A stretch of DNA of 64,000 bases from Phycisphaerales bacterium (GTDB taxonomy: Bacteria > Planctomycetota > Phycisphaerae > Phycisphaerales > UBA1924), in assembly GCA_965227775.1 (NCBI GenBank), contig OZ245777.1, forward strand, positions 1,952,001 through 2,016,000, given 5' to 3'. The notes beneath the pieces were generated by a model. The model was not told the DNA's origin. It worked only from the letters and a program-made list of their open reading frames with translations, and searched no databases. A program made the position numbers and the translations under genes. Below are positions 55,221 through 64,000 of this stretch, one piece after another (positions within the stretch are counted from its first letter, which is position 1; every line of letters begins with the position of its first letter).

Positions 55221-57367
55221 CCCGTACGCCAGCACGCCGGGGGCCATGGCGGCGACGCGTATCGGTCGCGTGGCTCGCGGTGACCTTCTTCGTGGCCAAT
55301 GGAGTCGCTGCCGCGTTTCTGATTGCGATCGCCGATCGCCACGCTGTCCGCCTCGATGTGACAGCAACAGGTGAGCACCGGCTTGCCCCGCAGACCGAGC
55401 GGCTGATCGACGCGGCGAGCGATGGTGCGGGCTACGAGCTGGTCGTCGCGGCCGATGTATCGCGTGTGGACCCGCGCGCCTGGCAGGCGCTACTCGACGT
55501 GGGCGAAGAGATGGAAGCCGCCGGGGGCTTCACCTTAACCGCACTCGAAGGCGAGAACGCTCGTCAGGGTGTCCAGTCGCTCGGGCAGCGGCTCGCGCAG
55601 CGTGAGGCCGAGCAGATCGAGGCACAGGCGCGAGCATTGCTGCGCGCAGCCGCGGACTTGCAGCGCGCTGCGGATGTTGTCGAACAGGCATTGGCACCGA
55701 GCCTTGGGTCCGCCGCGGAACAGGCGGCAAGCCAGGCCGAGACCGCCGGTTTGACTTCAGAAGTCCAGCAAACGCTCGAAAGCATCGCCTCGGTCATGGG
55801 GGCCCGCGCACAGACCGCGCCGCGATTGGCTGCCGATCTTCGCGGCGTCATCGAAGACGTCCAGACCCAGCTGCAGAGCGCGATCGTGCCGGGTGTCGAG
55901 GTGCCAGCGATCGATCGGGCCCGGCTCGCGTTGGCCGCGCCCGTGCGAGATGCCGCCGACCAGCTCGCGCTGCTGGCAAGTGAGGCCAGAGTGATTGCCA
56001 GCGATCCGGCGTACTCGCAGAGCCTGCGTCGAGCCGCGAGCGAAGTGGAGCAGGCAGCGGGCCCGGCACGAGACCTGTGCGCCGCTGCTGCCGAGTCAGC
56101 CGAGCGGCTTTCGACGCTCGACGTCGTGCGTGTGCTGCGGTCGGTGGGGGATGCTGCGGCAGCCGTGCTCGTTGGACCCAGTAGTGCGGTCGCGATCGAT
56201 GCGCCAACGCTGCTGCCCCCGCCGGGCGTGCTCCGCCCCGAAGCTGCGACGGCGCCGTCGCTGCGTGGTCGCGTGGAGGGCCTGGTCGCGACGGCCATGC
56301 TGACGGCCATCGATCCACGGCGACCGATCGTGGTCGTCGCGCACGCGGAGGACTCGCGGTTCATCGAGCGTCCTGGCGCACTCGGTGTCGCGATCGATCA
56401 CCTTCGCCGGCAGGGCATCGATGTGGTGGAGTGGCCGCTGCTGCTCGAGCCCGACGCCCCAGGGCTTGCGGGCCTCGACCCGACGCGCACGCGGCCGGTT
56501 ATCCACTTCGTGCTGAACACGAACACGAGCGTCCGGTCGCCCGACCCGCTCGCCGCTCGCCCAGACGAACGCGTAGCCGAACTCGGAGAACTGGTCCAGC
56601 GGCTCGTCGATGCGGGTGAGCCCGTGCTCGTCAACCTGACGCCGAGCGAGGTTGTAGTTGGGGGCGGCGTGGATGCGACCGCCGCGCCGCTGTCGGTGTT
56701 TGGCTTGAAGGCAGACTCGGGATTCGCGCTCATGAGCAAGCCGCCCCAGAGCGAGATCGTTGAACACGATGCGCTCGTGCGTGCCGAGGGAGGGGAACAT
56801 CCGTTGCCGAGTGCCGTCGCGGGGCTCCTTGCGTACGCACCCTGGGCCGTACCGGTGTCGCACGAGGGCGACGGACCCGCGTGGCCACTACTGGTCGTCG
56901 ACGATGGCTTCACCTGGGCAGAGTCGCGTTGGTCGGGGTATCGCCGCGTACCCCGTGCCGAGAGGCCGCGCGTCTCGAATCCGCCGCAGCGCGATGACGA
57001 CTCGGACGACACCGCCGGGCCATGGACGATCGCCTGGGCCGCTGAGCGTGAGGTTGGCGATGGCATTGGACGCGTTGTCGTCGTGGGGAGCAACGACTGG
57101 CTCGCCGACGAGATCGTGAGTGCCGGCCAGAGTGTCGATGGGCGCATGGTGGGCAGCTATCCGGCAAATCTCGCCTTGCTCGACGCGGCGGTGCTGTGGC
57201 TGTCGGGACGCGACGAGTTCATCGCGCCCACGGTGAGTTCATCGAGCGTCGCCACGATCGGGCCGATCGGTGACGGCGTGCTCACGGCGCTGCGGTGGGG
57301 GCTCGTGCTCGGCGTGCCCGCCGGCATCCTGCTACTTGGCGGCGGCTGGAGACTCCTTCGCCGCTGA
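55217..57367 (+). CDS. GldG-like ABC auxiliary component with a helical insertion
   Basis: TM, then RLDVTATGEHRL; RVVVVGS, N..LL..AV.WL; C-terminal TM; GTGA overlap. Confidence 0.75.
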   Translation: MTRTPARRGPWRRRVSVAWLAVTFFVANGVAAAFLIAIADRHAVRLDVTATGEHRLAPQTERLIDAASDGAGYELVVAADVSRVDPRAWQALLDVGEEMEAAGGFTLTALEGENARQGVQSLGQRLAQREAEQIEAQARALLRAAADLQRAADVVEQALAPSLGSAAEQAASQAETAGLTSEVQQTLESIASVMGARAQTAPRLAADLRGVIEDVQTQLQSAIVPGVEVPAIDRARLALAAPVRDAADQLALLASEARVIASDPAYSQSLRRAASEVEQAAGPARDLCAAAAESAERLSTLDVVRVLRSVGDAAAAVLVGPSSAVAIDAPTLLPPPGVLRPEAATAPSLRGRVEGLVATAMLTAIDPRRPIVVVAHAEDSRFIERPGALGVAIDHLRRQGIDVVEWPLLLEPDAPGLAGLDPTRTRPVIHFVLNTNTSVRSPDPLAARPDERVAELGELVQRLVDAGEPVLVNLTPSEVVVGGGVDATAAPLSVFGLKADSGFALMSKPPQSEIVEHDALVRAEGGEHPLPSAVAGLLAYAPWAVPVSHEGDGPAWPLLVVDDGFTWAESRWSGYRRVPRAERPRVSNPPQRDDDSDDTAGPWTIAWAAEREVGDGIGRVVVVGSNDWLADEIVSAGQSVDGRMVGSYPANLALLDAAVLWLSGRDEFIAPTVSSSSVATIGPIGDGVLTALRWGLVLGVPAGILLLGGGWRLLRR

Positions 57368-57844
57368 GTTCTGACGACCAAGGCTCGAGTGATCGAGGAG
57401 GTCGGCCATGTCGCGCGGCTTGCGCGCCGACGCTGTGGGGATCGGAGCATGCACGAGCGAAGCCGACCGAGCCTCGGCGGCTGCGGCGGTGTCCTCGTCG
57501 ATCGACGTTCCACATTCGGGGCACACCTCGGCAAAGCCCGGCACGCCAGTGAGGTCGTAATGGCACTTGTGGCAGCACCAGGGCTTGCGAGCGTGTGGAA
57601 TGCACGTGATGAAGTAGCCCACCAGCCCGACGAGGCCGAGATAGCTCCACAGAAGCGTCTGCAGCACGGGCAGGTAGATCTCGTAATTCGTCCATGCGTT
57701 GAGCAGCACGTGGAACTGAATGACACCGAGCACTCCGAGCAGACCGCCGGTGACCCAGGCGAAACCCCGCCAGTTGTATCGCCAGCGGACGGCGCCATAC
57801 CAGACCGCGACAGCATAGAAGACGAACAAGAGCACGTTCGACAA
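57332..57844 (-). CDS. Membrane protein with C-terminal zinc ribbon
   Basis: Three TM helices, then CHKCHYDLTGV..CPECG; TTG start uncertain. Confidence 0.72.
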   Translation of the reverse strand: MSNVLLFVFYAVAVWYGAVRWRYNWRGFAWVTGGLLGVLGVIQFHVLLNAWTNYEIYLPVLQTLLWSYLGLVGLVGYFITCIPHARKPWCCHKCHYDLTGVPGFAEVCPECGTSIDEDTAAAAEARSASLVHAPIPTASARKPRDMADLLDHSSLGRQNSAAKESPAAAK

Positions 57845-57904
57845 TGATAAACAACGAGACGCCGTGCCCCGCGCGATGGAGCGCGGCTTAGGGAAGGCCA
57901 GCGG

Positions 57905-58897
57905 TCAGGATGGGGTGCTCAGGCGGGTCCGACGCCGCAACCGACGGGCGATAAGTGCCAGGCACGCCAAACCGAGCGGCACGGCGACCAGGACCTCTAC
58001 CACGCGGTTCAGCACGTCGGCGGTGAGGCCATCCGACAACGCGGCGTCTCCGCCACCCAGCATCGCGGCGGGCAGGCCGGCGGCGAGCGCCCCGATGAGC
58101 CACTCACGCAGGCCGAGCCCGTTGCCGGCGAATGGCACGAGCATGGCGATCTGGCTGGCGACGGCGAGCACGAGCGCGGCCGATAGGTCGACAGGCGTCC
58201 CGACGATCTCGAACGCCAGGGCGTATCGGCCTGCCCAGATCGCCATGTCGATGACTCGCAGCGCCCCCGAAGCGAGGTAGCGGGCGGTGACGGGCTTGGA
58301 GTGCCAGAATGCGGCCGCGCAGATGCCGCCAACGGCCGTTGGTCCGCCCACGAGCACGAGCCACGCGACCAGCGGCGTGAACCCGCGGAGGAGCAGCGCC
58401 CCCAGCAGCATGATGCCGCTTGCGACCGCCGTGATCACGGCGCCCTCCAGCAGGGTCTGCCCGGTCTTGCGGACGGGGATGCCGTTGACTGCCTTGTGGT
58501 ACGCGACTCGGCCGACCATGCCCGGGCGCATCGGCAGGTAGTTGAGCAGCCACGCCATGCCAACGAGCCCGCACGTCTCGCCCATGCCGAGCTTGCCGAA
58601 GCGGGAGAGCAAGAACCAGATCGACGCGGAGATGCTCAGCCAGTTCAGGAGCGGCAGCGCGATGAACAGAACCACGAACCACCACGGATGGTCGCGCAGC
58701 GCCTCAAGTGAACGCTGCATGGCCTGTGGGTCCTGGCTCAAGGCCGCGACGATCGCGAGCACCACCAGCGCGGTGCCAGCGATGAATCCCGCCAAGCGGA
58801 ACCATCGCGTTTGACGCCAACGGTTTGCCTTGGTCGCCAGCGTTCGTATGCGGCCGGCGGCCGTGCGTGGCTCTCGCTGGCCGGGCCGGCGGATCAT
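57905..58897 (-). CDS. Lysylphosphatidylglycerol synthase TM-domain / flippase-like protein
   Basis: Multi-TM; NYLP.R.G..GR; P..GNGLGLRE. Confidence 0.75.
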   Translation of the reverse strand: MIRRPGQREPRTAAGRIRTLATKANRWRQTRWFRLAGFIAGTALVVLAIVAALSQDPQAMQRSLEALRDHPWWFVVLFIALPLLNWLSISASIWFLLSRFGKLGMGETCGLVGMAWLLNYLPMRPGMVGRVAYHKAVNGIPVRKTGQTLLEGAVITAVASGIMLLGALLLRGFTPLVAWLVLVGGPTAVGGICAAAFWHSKPVTARYLASGALRVIDMAIWAGRYALAFEIVGTPVDLSAALVLAVASQIAMLVPFAGNGLGLREWLIGALAAGLPAAMLGGGDAALSDGLTADVLNRVVEVLVAVPLGLACLALIARRLRRRTRLSTPS

Positions 58898-61470
58898 GGG
58901 GTCGAAGAAGGCGCTGCCGATGGGGTCGACGGGCCTGCTGATTGACCGGCCTGGGGTGGCCCGAAGCCCTGATAGTTGGCATAGCTCCGCGAGCCCGCCC
59001 GCAGCCTTTCTTGCAGCAGCGTCGCGAGTTGCCGGAGCCGCTCGTCTTCGCTCTCAAGAGCACGAGCGAAAGCGGGGTCCTCCGGATCGGTCGCACGCGT
59101 GAGCAACGCGGTCGCCTGACCGATGGGGCCCTGGGCGTTGTCGAGCGCGATGCGGTCGAACGGCGCTGTGGCGCGCGCGATCCTGGCGTTGGGAAGGCCG
59201 ACCATCATGGCCACTTGCACAAGCTCTGAAGACCCGGTCAGCCGCTCCCCGGCGGCCGCCATCACGGGGACGAATGGCTCGGCGGGCCGGCCGTCCGGGG
59301 GCGTGCCCGGCCCGATGAGCGAGCTCTTGAGTGCGGTGACCAGCGTTGGGATCACGGCCGGGTCGTCGGCGAGCAGCCGCGTAATCACACGCTGGCCGTC
59401 GAAGTTCATCTCGGGGAGCGGGCGGCGCACGAGCAGGCCTGTTTCGGCCGTCAAGCACATGGGCCCGGGCTGATAGCTCGCGCCGCGGAGGTAGCGGAAT
59501 CCTTGGATCGCGCGCCAACGCGTGCGTGTCGTCCGCTGGCCGGCGGCCTCGAGGAACCACCCGGCAAGCCCGCCGCCGGCCCACACGTCGATCACCAGGC
59601 GCTCGCGCGGCATGAGCCGCAGCCGGGTGTCGACGCTGCTGACTTCGGGAATCGCCACTGGTGTCAGACGATCGAGATCGGCGTCGAGCACCGGCGAGAG
59701 CAGGATGCGGCTGTTGATGGGCGCGCCGGGGCCCACCGCAAGGGGGATCGGCGAGTTGTTGCGCAGGACGAGCCGCAAACGCGTGATGTCGGTCACGTGC
59801 TCGCTGGACTCGCCGGCGTCGATCGTCAACTCCATGAAGTTCTCGGGCTTTTCGACCATGCGGTCGAGCCACGCCGGAATCGCGCGGGCCGCCGCGGAGA
59901 CGGCTTCGGCGTCGGGGTATGGCGAGGCAAAGCCCAGCTTGAGCAGCTGATGGTGAGCCCATGCGCCCCACGTCGATGCCGGGTCGGCACGGACCAGCGA
60001 GCGAAGGAGCGGGACGGCGTCGAGCACCCGCTCGTGCACGATGAGCGCGTGGGCGTAGGCCATGGGCGCCATCGGAATGCCCTGTTCGTCCATGCGTTGC
60101 TTGAGGTCTGCCAGGTGGGCGTCTGCCTCTGGCGTGCCAACGGCATCGATTGCGTCGAGCAGCACCACGACGAGTTGGAGCTGTTCGCGGGCGGGCTCGA
60201 TGATGTCCAGGTCGACTTCGCCCAGGATTGTCTCGTCGGCGATGGCGCGGTCCATCGCCGCGTTTGCCTCCCGCATGTCGGCGCGTACGAGCTCGGTTTG
60301 CACGCCGGCCAGCGCCATTGCCAGGGCCGTTTCAGCACGCACTTGCGTGGCAAGCAGCGCCACCTTTCGCGCTTCGGTCCGGTCACCCTGCGTGGCCAGC
60401 AGCATCTGCTGAAGCCGCTGCGCTGTGGAGCCCCGGAGGTCTTCGGATGCGCGGCTTGCGCCCGTCGGGTCGCCGCCTGCTTCCGCCAGCAGCATGCGCA
60501 GGAGGGCCGCGTCGGGCGGCGGCAGGATGTCTCCGGGTTGCTGCATTCCCTGGAGATCTTCGCCGCGCTCACGCATCATGCGGAGCATGCGCGACAGGCG
60601 AGCACGCTCCTGCAGGATCGGGAGCTCGAGTTCGTCCGCCAAGCCCTCTGGCCCATACGTCAACCAGCGAAGTTGCACCCGACGCAGGGCATCGGCTGGC
60701 TGGGGCTGGCGGCCGGCGACGATCATCAAGCCCTGCTGGTGATCGTGGAAGCGGATTGCCTGCTCGAACGCGCCGTTGCGCGCGAGGAAGTCCGAGAGCT
60801 GCGCGTGCACCTGGGGATCGACCGGGTCGCTCAGCAGCAGGTTGGCGAGCATCTCGACGCGACCGACCGAGCCGCCGCCGGCCAGGTCGTAGTAGGCCAG
60901 TGCGAGCGCGGCGGCCTCCTTGTTCGTCGAGTCGAGCTCGGTCGCGGTCGCGAGCAGGTCGACGAAGCGACCCTCGTTGCCCGTCTCGCGCGCGAGCAGA
61001 GCGGCGTCGAGTGCCAGCCGGCTGCGCACGGCGGGCGAAACCCGCTCAGCCCGGAGCAGTCGCTCGTAGGCGCTCAGGCGTTCTTCGATGGTCTGGATGT
61101 CTTCGATGCCCGCCGCGACCACTCGCAGCAAGGCCACGTCATCTGCAGGATCGAGGCGAATGAGCTCGCGCGTGAGCTCGAGCGCGCGATCGTCCAGGCC
61201 GGCCGACCAAGCGGCCTCGATCTGTCGCCGAAGCAGGATTGGCTCGCTCGGTGCGTATGTGCGGGCCAGGTCGAGTCCGAGCATGGCGATGCGGTAGTCG
61301 TCCGCGGTAGGGCTGCCCTGCATGCGCAGGTCGAGCAGCGCGATGCGTGAGAGGCCGTACGCGGCATAGTCCTCCAGCGGCTCGGGCGACGGCTGGGCGA
61401 CGGCGCGCGGCGCGAGCAAGGCCGCCAGGCCGAGAGAGAGACAGACTGCCAGCCGGAACGATCGCGTCAC
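58894..61470 (-). CDS. Exported TPR-like hypothetical protein
   Basis: Signal peptide (APRAVAQ); helical repeats (LIRLDP.D, ELDSTN); GTG start inferred. Confidence 0.65.
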   Translation of the reverse strand: MTRSFRLAVCLSLGLAALLAPRAVAQPSPEPLEDYAAYGLSRIALLDLRMQGSPTADDYRIAMLGLDLARTYAPSEPILLRRQIEAAWSAGLDDRALELTRELIRLDPADDVALLRVVAAGIEDIQTIEERLSAYERLLRAERVSPAVRSRLALDAALLARETGNEGRFVDLLATATELDSTNKEAAALALAYYDLAGGGSVGRVEMLANLLLSDPVDPQVHAQLSDFLARNGAFEQAIRFHDHQQGLMIVAGRQPQPADALRRVQLRWLTYGPEGLADELELPILQERARLSRMLRMMRERGEDLQGMQQPGDILPPPDAALLRMLLAEAGGDPTGASRASEDLRGSTAQRLQQMLLATQGDRTEARKVALLATQVRAETALAMALAGVQTELVRADMREANAAMDRAIADETILGEVDLDIIEPAREQLQLVVVLLDAIDAVGTPEADAHLADLKQRMDEQGIPMAPMAYAHALIVHERVLDAVPLLRSLVRADPASTWGAWAHHQLLKLGFASPYPDAEAVSAAARAIPAWLDRMVEKPENFMELTIDAGESSEHVTDITRLRLVLRNNSPIPLAVGPGAPINSRILLSPVLDADLDRLTPVAIPEVSSVDTRLRLMPRERLVIDVWAGGGLAGWFLEAAGQRTTRTRWRAIQGFRYLRGASYQPGPMCLTAETGLLVRRPLPEMNFDGQRVITRLLADDPAVIPTLVTALKSSLIGPGTPPDGRPAEPFVPVMAAAGERLTGSSELVQVAMMVGLPNARIARATAPFDRIALDNAQGPIGQATALLTRATDPEDPAFARALESEDERLRQLATLLQERLRAGSRSYANYQGFGPPQAGQSAGPSTPSAAPSSTP

Positions 61471-61505
61471 GAACCACCTCCAACCCGAGGGCTCGCGGGC
61501 ATGGC

Positions 61506-61856
61506 TCAGGACAGGAGTGCCCAGGCCGTGGCCACGAACCCGATGCAGAACAGGGCGACGAGGGCGACCTCGCAGGCCCAACCCAGCGCCCGGGCCGCCC
61601 TGGGGAAGACCCGGTCGGCCACGAGGAACATGAAGACGAAGGTCCCCATGGCGATGGCCGTCCAGCCCCCGAGGGTGGCCGCTTCCGAGAACATCGGCCA
61701 TCTGGGCCCTGCGCTGAACACCAGCCAGAGCCCAGCGACCACCAGAGCCCCGGCCCACGGCGTGGCGACCAGGGCCAGCGCGGCGGTGCTCAGTCGCCTG
61801 GAGAGCAGTACGGGGTGGGGCGAGTGGGGTTCGGGCATGGACGGGCCCTTGGGCAT
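61506..61856 (-). CDS. Small three-TM membrane protein
   Basis: Hydrophobic ORF directly downstream of rho. Confidence 0.6.
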   Translation of the reverse strand: MPKGPSMPEPHSPHPVLLSRRLSTAALALVATPWAGALVVAGLWLVFSAGPRWPMFSEAATLGGWTAIAMGTFVFMFLVADRVFPRAARALGWACEVALVALFCIGFVATAWALLS

Positions 61857-61874
61857 CGCCGGACGGTACGGCGA

Positions 61875-63458
61875 CTACCCGAGCTGCATCGTCATCAAGA
61901 ACTCCGCATTGGTCTTGGTCTTCTTGAGGCGGTTGAGGATTAACTCCATGCCCTCAACGACGTTCATGTCGCTCAAGACCTTGCGGAGCTTGTAGGTCAA
62001 CTCCAGCTCCTTGGGGTCGAGCAGGAGTTCTTCGCGGCGGGTGCCGCTGGAGCCGACATCGATGGCGGGCCACACGCGCTTCTCGACGAGCTTGCGGTCG
62101 AGGTGCAGCTCGCTGTTGCCCGTGCCCTTGAACTCCTCGAAGATGACCTCGTCCATCTTGGAACCCGTCTCGACGAGCGCGGTGCCGATGATGGTCAGGC
62201 TGCCGCCGTCCTCGATGGCGCGGGCGGCGCCGAAGAACTTCTTGGGGCGCTGCAGCGCGTTGGCATCGATACCGCCGGACATGATCTTGCCCGAGTGGGG
62301 CTGCTCGGCGTTGTATGCGCGCGCCATGCGGGTAATCGAGTCGAGCAGGATGACGACGTCGTCGCCGAACTCGACCATGCGCTTGGCCTTCTCGATGACC
62401 ATGTCGCACACCTGCACGTGGCGGGTGGCGGGCTCGTCGAAGGTGCTGGCCACGACCTCGACGTCGTCGCTCGTGTTGCGCCGGAAGTCGGTGACCTCTT
62501 CGGGCCGCTCATCGACGAGTAGCACGATGATCTTGACTTTTGGATGGTTCGTCGTGATGGCCTGGGTGATCTTCTGCATCAGCACCGTCTTGCCCGTGCG
62601 CGGCGGGGCGACGATGAGGGCGCGCTGGCCCTTGCCGATCGGAGCGACCAGGTCCATGATGCGGGTTTCGACGGTCTCGGGCCCGGTCTCGAGGTTGAAG
62701 CGCTCCTCGGGGTGCAGGGGCGTGAGGTCCTCATATTGCTTGAGCCTGTGGGCAGCGGCGGGCTCGCGGCCGTTGACCTCATCCACACGCAGCAGCGCAA
62801 AGTAGCGTTCGCTCTCGCGCGGCGGGCGGATCAGGCCGCGGACGACCATGCCCTTGCGCAGGCCGAATCGGCGGATCTGGCTCGGGCTGACGTAGATGTC
62901 GTCGGGGCCGGGTAGGTAGCTCTGCTCTGCTGAGCGGAGGAAGCCGAAGCCGTCGGACATGATCTCCAGGGTGCCATCGCCAACGAGCAGGCCCTGGCTG
63001 GCGGCGCGGAGCTTCAGGAGCTTGAAGATGAGGTCCTGCTTGGTCAGGCCCTCGTAGTCCTCCAGGCCGTCCTTCTTGGCGAGCTTCTGGAGCTTCTCCA
63101 GGTCCATCTTCTGGAGGTCGCTGATGCTTAGGGCTTCCTTGAGCGCCTTGGGGTCGGCCTTGGCGGCGATCTTCTCGATCTCCGCCGCCTCGCGCTCGAG
63201 CTCGTCGTCGCTGGGCAGGCCGTGGTCGAATCCGCCCGACGAGCCACCCTTGCGTTTGCGACGCTTGCGCCGGCCTCCACCTTCGGTGTTGTCGCGGCGA
63301 CCCCCAGAGCGCGAACGGGGCCGGTCGCTTCCGCCGCTCGAGCCGATCTCGCGCTCTCGCGACTCGGCAGTTGCGGTCGAGGTGCTTTCATCGCGCTTCT
63401 CTTCGCTTTTCGCTTCGCGCTGGGTCTCGCGCTTCTCGGCGGGCGTGGTCTTCGCCAT
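61875..63458 (-). CDS. rho: Transcription termination factor Rho with charged N-terminal extension
   Basis: [47 protein letters not shown]. Confidence 0.97.
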   Translation of the reverse strand: MAKTTPAEKRETQREAKSEEKRDESTSTATAESREREIGSSGGSDRPRSRSGGRRDNTEGGGRRKRRKRKGGSSGGFDHGLPSDDELEREAAEIEKIAAKADPKALKEALSISDLQKMDLEKLQKLAKKDGLEDYEGLTKQDLIFKLLKLRAASQGLLVGDGTLEIMSDGFGFLRSAEQSYLPGPDDIYVSPSQIRRFGLRKGMVVRGLIRPPRESERYFALLRVDEVNGREPAAAHRLKQYEDLTPLHPEERFNLETGPETVETRIMDLVAPIGKGQRALIVAPPRTGKTVLMQKITQAITTNHPKVKIIVLLVDERPEEVTDFRRNTSDDVEVVASTFDEPATRHVQVCDMVIEKAKRMVEFGDDVVILLDSITRMARAYNAEQPHSGKIMSGGIDANALQRPKKFFGAARAIEDGGSLTIIGTALVETGSKMDEVIFEEFKGTGNSELHLDRKLVEKRVWPAIDVGSSGTRREELLLDPKELELTYKLRKVLSDMNVVEGMELILNRLKKTKTNAEFLMTMQLG

Positions 63459-63740
63459 GGCGTCCTCGCAGGATGTGAAGGCAGGATGGGGTGCGGAAAT
63501 CGAGTCCGGGCGTGGGCGGCGTTGCCACTCGCGGCAACACGGGCCGGCGTGAAACCGGCGTTCGACCACGGCTGCGTGCCAATCGGTGGCCTGACAACGG
63601 CCAACTAACGCGGGGCGGGGCGACGCAACGCGTGCCCGACGAATCGCCCGGATTGGCAAGGGAAAGGGTCGCCGCGGCTCGCGTGACTAATGAGACCATA
63701 GTCATCACTCGCGGGCCGGGCAAACGCCCAGATTTGTCGC

Positions 63741-64000
63741 TTACGGCTTGCCCAGGCCTTCGCGGATGGCTTCGACGGCCGCCCGAACTCGGGCCCGCAG
63801 GGCGTCCAGATCGCCGTCGTTCTCGACCACCTGGTGGCTCCGCCGCCGCTTCTCGTCGAGCGGCATCTGGGCAGCCTCGCGGCGGGTGAGCTCCGCCTCG
63901 GTCCAGCCCCGGCCCTCGACGACCCGCTCCAGCCGGACCGCCCTGGGCGTGTCGACGAAGATCACCGCGTCGCACTCGGCATCGACGCCGGCCTCGAACA
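63741..64000 (-). CDS. coaE: Dephospho-CoA kinase (3' part; truncated by the window edge)
   Basis: FEAG...CDAVIFVD.P, R..AQM..EK...VVEN.GD. Confidence 0.85.
   Translation of the reverse strand, partial: FEAGVDAECDAVIFVDTPRAVRLERVVEGRGWTEAELTRREAAQMPLDEKRRRSHQVVENDGDLDALRARVRAAVEAIREGLGKP

Overview
A 64-kb, GC-rich, gene-dense stretch of core bacterial chromosome with about 57 CDS. It is most likely from a Phycisphaerales planctomycete. This is inferred from three C-terminal 'GC-type dockerin' proteins, four CxxCxYDL..CPECG zinc-ribbon membrane proteins, the coaE-rho order and a TPR-extended secretin. Housekeeping genes: cystathionine beta-synthase, PfkB kinase, M32/M3/S10 peptidases, CCA enzyme, a sigma-70 factor, rpsL-rpsG (without fusA), ThiF/MoeB, trpF, rhomboid, citrate synthase, fahA, ClC, glutamine synthetase III, xth, SUI1, an STAS/RsbW pair, iscSUA, ald, trxB, a Gld-like ABC system, rho and partial coaE. 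I saw no tRNA/rRNA, CRISPR array, integrase or transposase. Best candidates for new biology: (1) a tandem pair of exported ClpP/NfeD-fold paralogs that appear to split the Ser/Lys catalytic residues between them; (2) a dispersed zinc-ribbon membrane protein family; (3) a dockerin-tagged secretome alongside an orphan secretin and a pseudopilin-head-like protein; (4) several structured leaders (glnA, secretin, ACT gene, rho); (5) an unusual Pro at the streptomycin-contact position of S12. All family calls come from motif recognition by eye, not database searches.
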